Shown one piece after another: positions 62,881 through 64,000 of a stretch of DNA of 64,000 bases. The DNA comes from Clostridiales bacterium (lineage in GTDB: Bacteria > Bacillota > Clostridia > Christensenellales > Pumilibacteraceae). The stretch is taken from NCBI GenBank assembly GCA_003533505.1, contig DQGD01000004.1, forward strand, positions 3,933 through 67,932. The letters are read 5' to 3'. The notes beneath the pieces were generated by a model, which saw only the letters and a program-made list of their open reading frames with translations, did not search any database and was not told where the DNA came from. The position numbers were made by a program, and so were the translations under genes. Position 1 is the stretch's first letter. Each line of letters begins with the position of its first letter.

Positions 62881-64000
<1,120 letters not shown>

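Overview
GC-rich (high-50s % by eye, not computed) chromosomal segment that looks like a spore-forming gut Clostridia/Oscillospiraceae-type Firmicute. This guess rests on spmA/spmB, an RsfA-like gene, the rpmG-secE-nusG-rplKAJL order and Gram-positive lipoboxes. All family names are recognised from translated motifs by memory; no searches were run.

Gene content, in order:
- 1-5.1 kb: host-glycan/fucose cluster (GH112-like phosphorylase 3' part, GH95-like hydrolase, fucU, fucI).
- 5.2-13.4 kb: gluQ, an aminotransferase, an IPMS/homocitrate-family synthase (possible Re-citrate synthase), then an operon of mini P-loop protein, thrC, DUF5685-like, HPD-less J-like Cys-rich protein and a membrane protein.
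- 13.5-17 kb: rpmG-secE-nusG-rplK-rplA-(L10 leader)-rplJ-rplL.
- 17.1-33 kb: secreted SGNH/sialate-O-acetylesterase-like protein, then a 14-kb Gram-positive glycan-utilisation locus. It holds an ABC binding protein, two permeases, three large secreted proteins or lipoproteins of unclear activity, and a GH2.
- 33.4-40 kb: wHTH regulator, two hypotheticals, SGNH hydrolase, trxA, pepV, gltX.
- 40.1-44 kb: AraC regulator, an unusually short glycyl-radical enzyme and its activase.
- 44.2-46.7 kb: NfeD, a small repeat protein and flotillin.
- 46.8-55.7 kb: lipoprotein, Mrp/ApbC, an ArsR/SmtB-HMA-P1B-ATPase metal module, and melA with an AraC regulator.
- 55.9-64 kb: mrnC-thyA-folA-rlmB, tpiA-gpmI, spmB/spmA, metG (3' truncated).

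No tRNA or rRNA genes, CRISPR arrays, transposases, integrases or recognisable defence genes were seen.

The clearest unexplained signal is non-coding. Several long intergenic gaps (18.7-19.2, 33.0-33.4, 50.15-50.4, 51.15-51.4 and 60.9-61.5 kb) carry multi-copy structured repeat modules. One module occurs 5 times, with conserved flanks around a hairpin whose sequence differs in every copy but always pairs.

The main protein-level candidates for undescribed biology are:
- the DUF5685-like (two DDxxD motifs) / J-like / membrane trio;
- the short glycyl-radical enzyme pair;
- the three large secreted proteins of the glycan locus.
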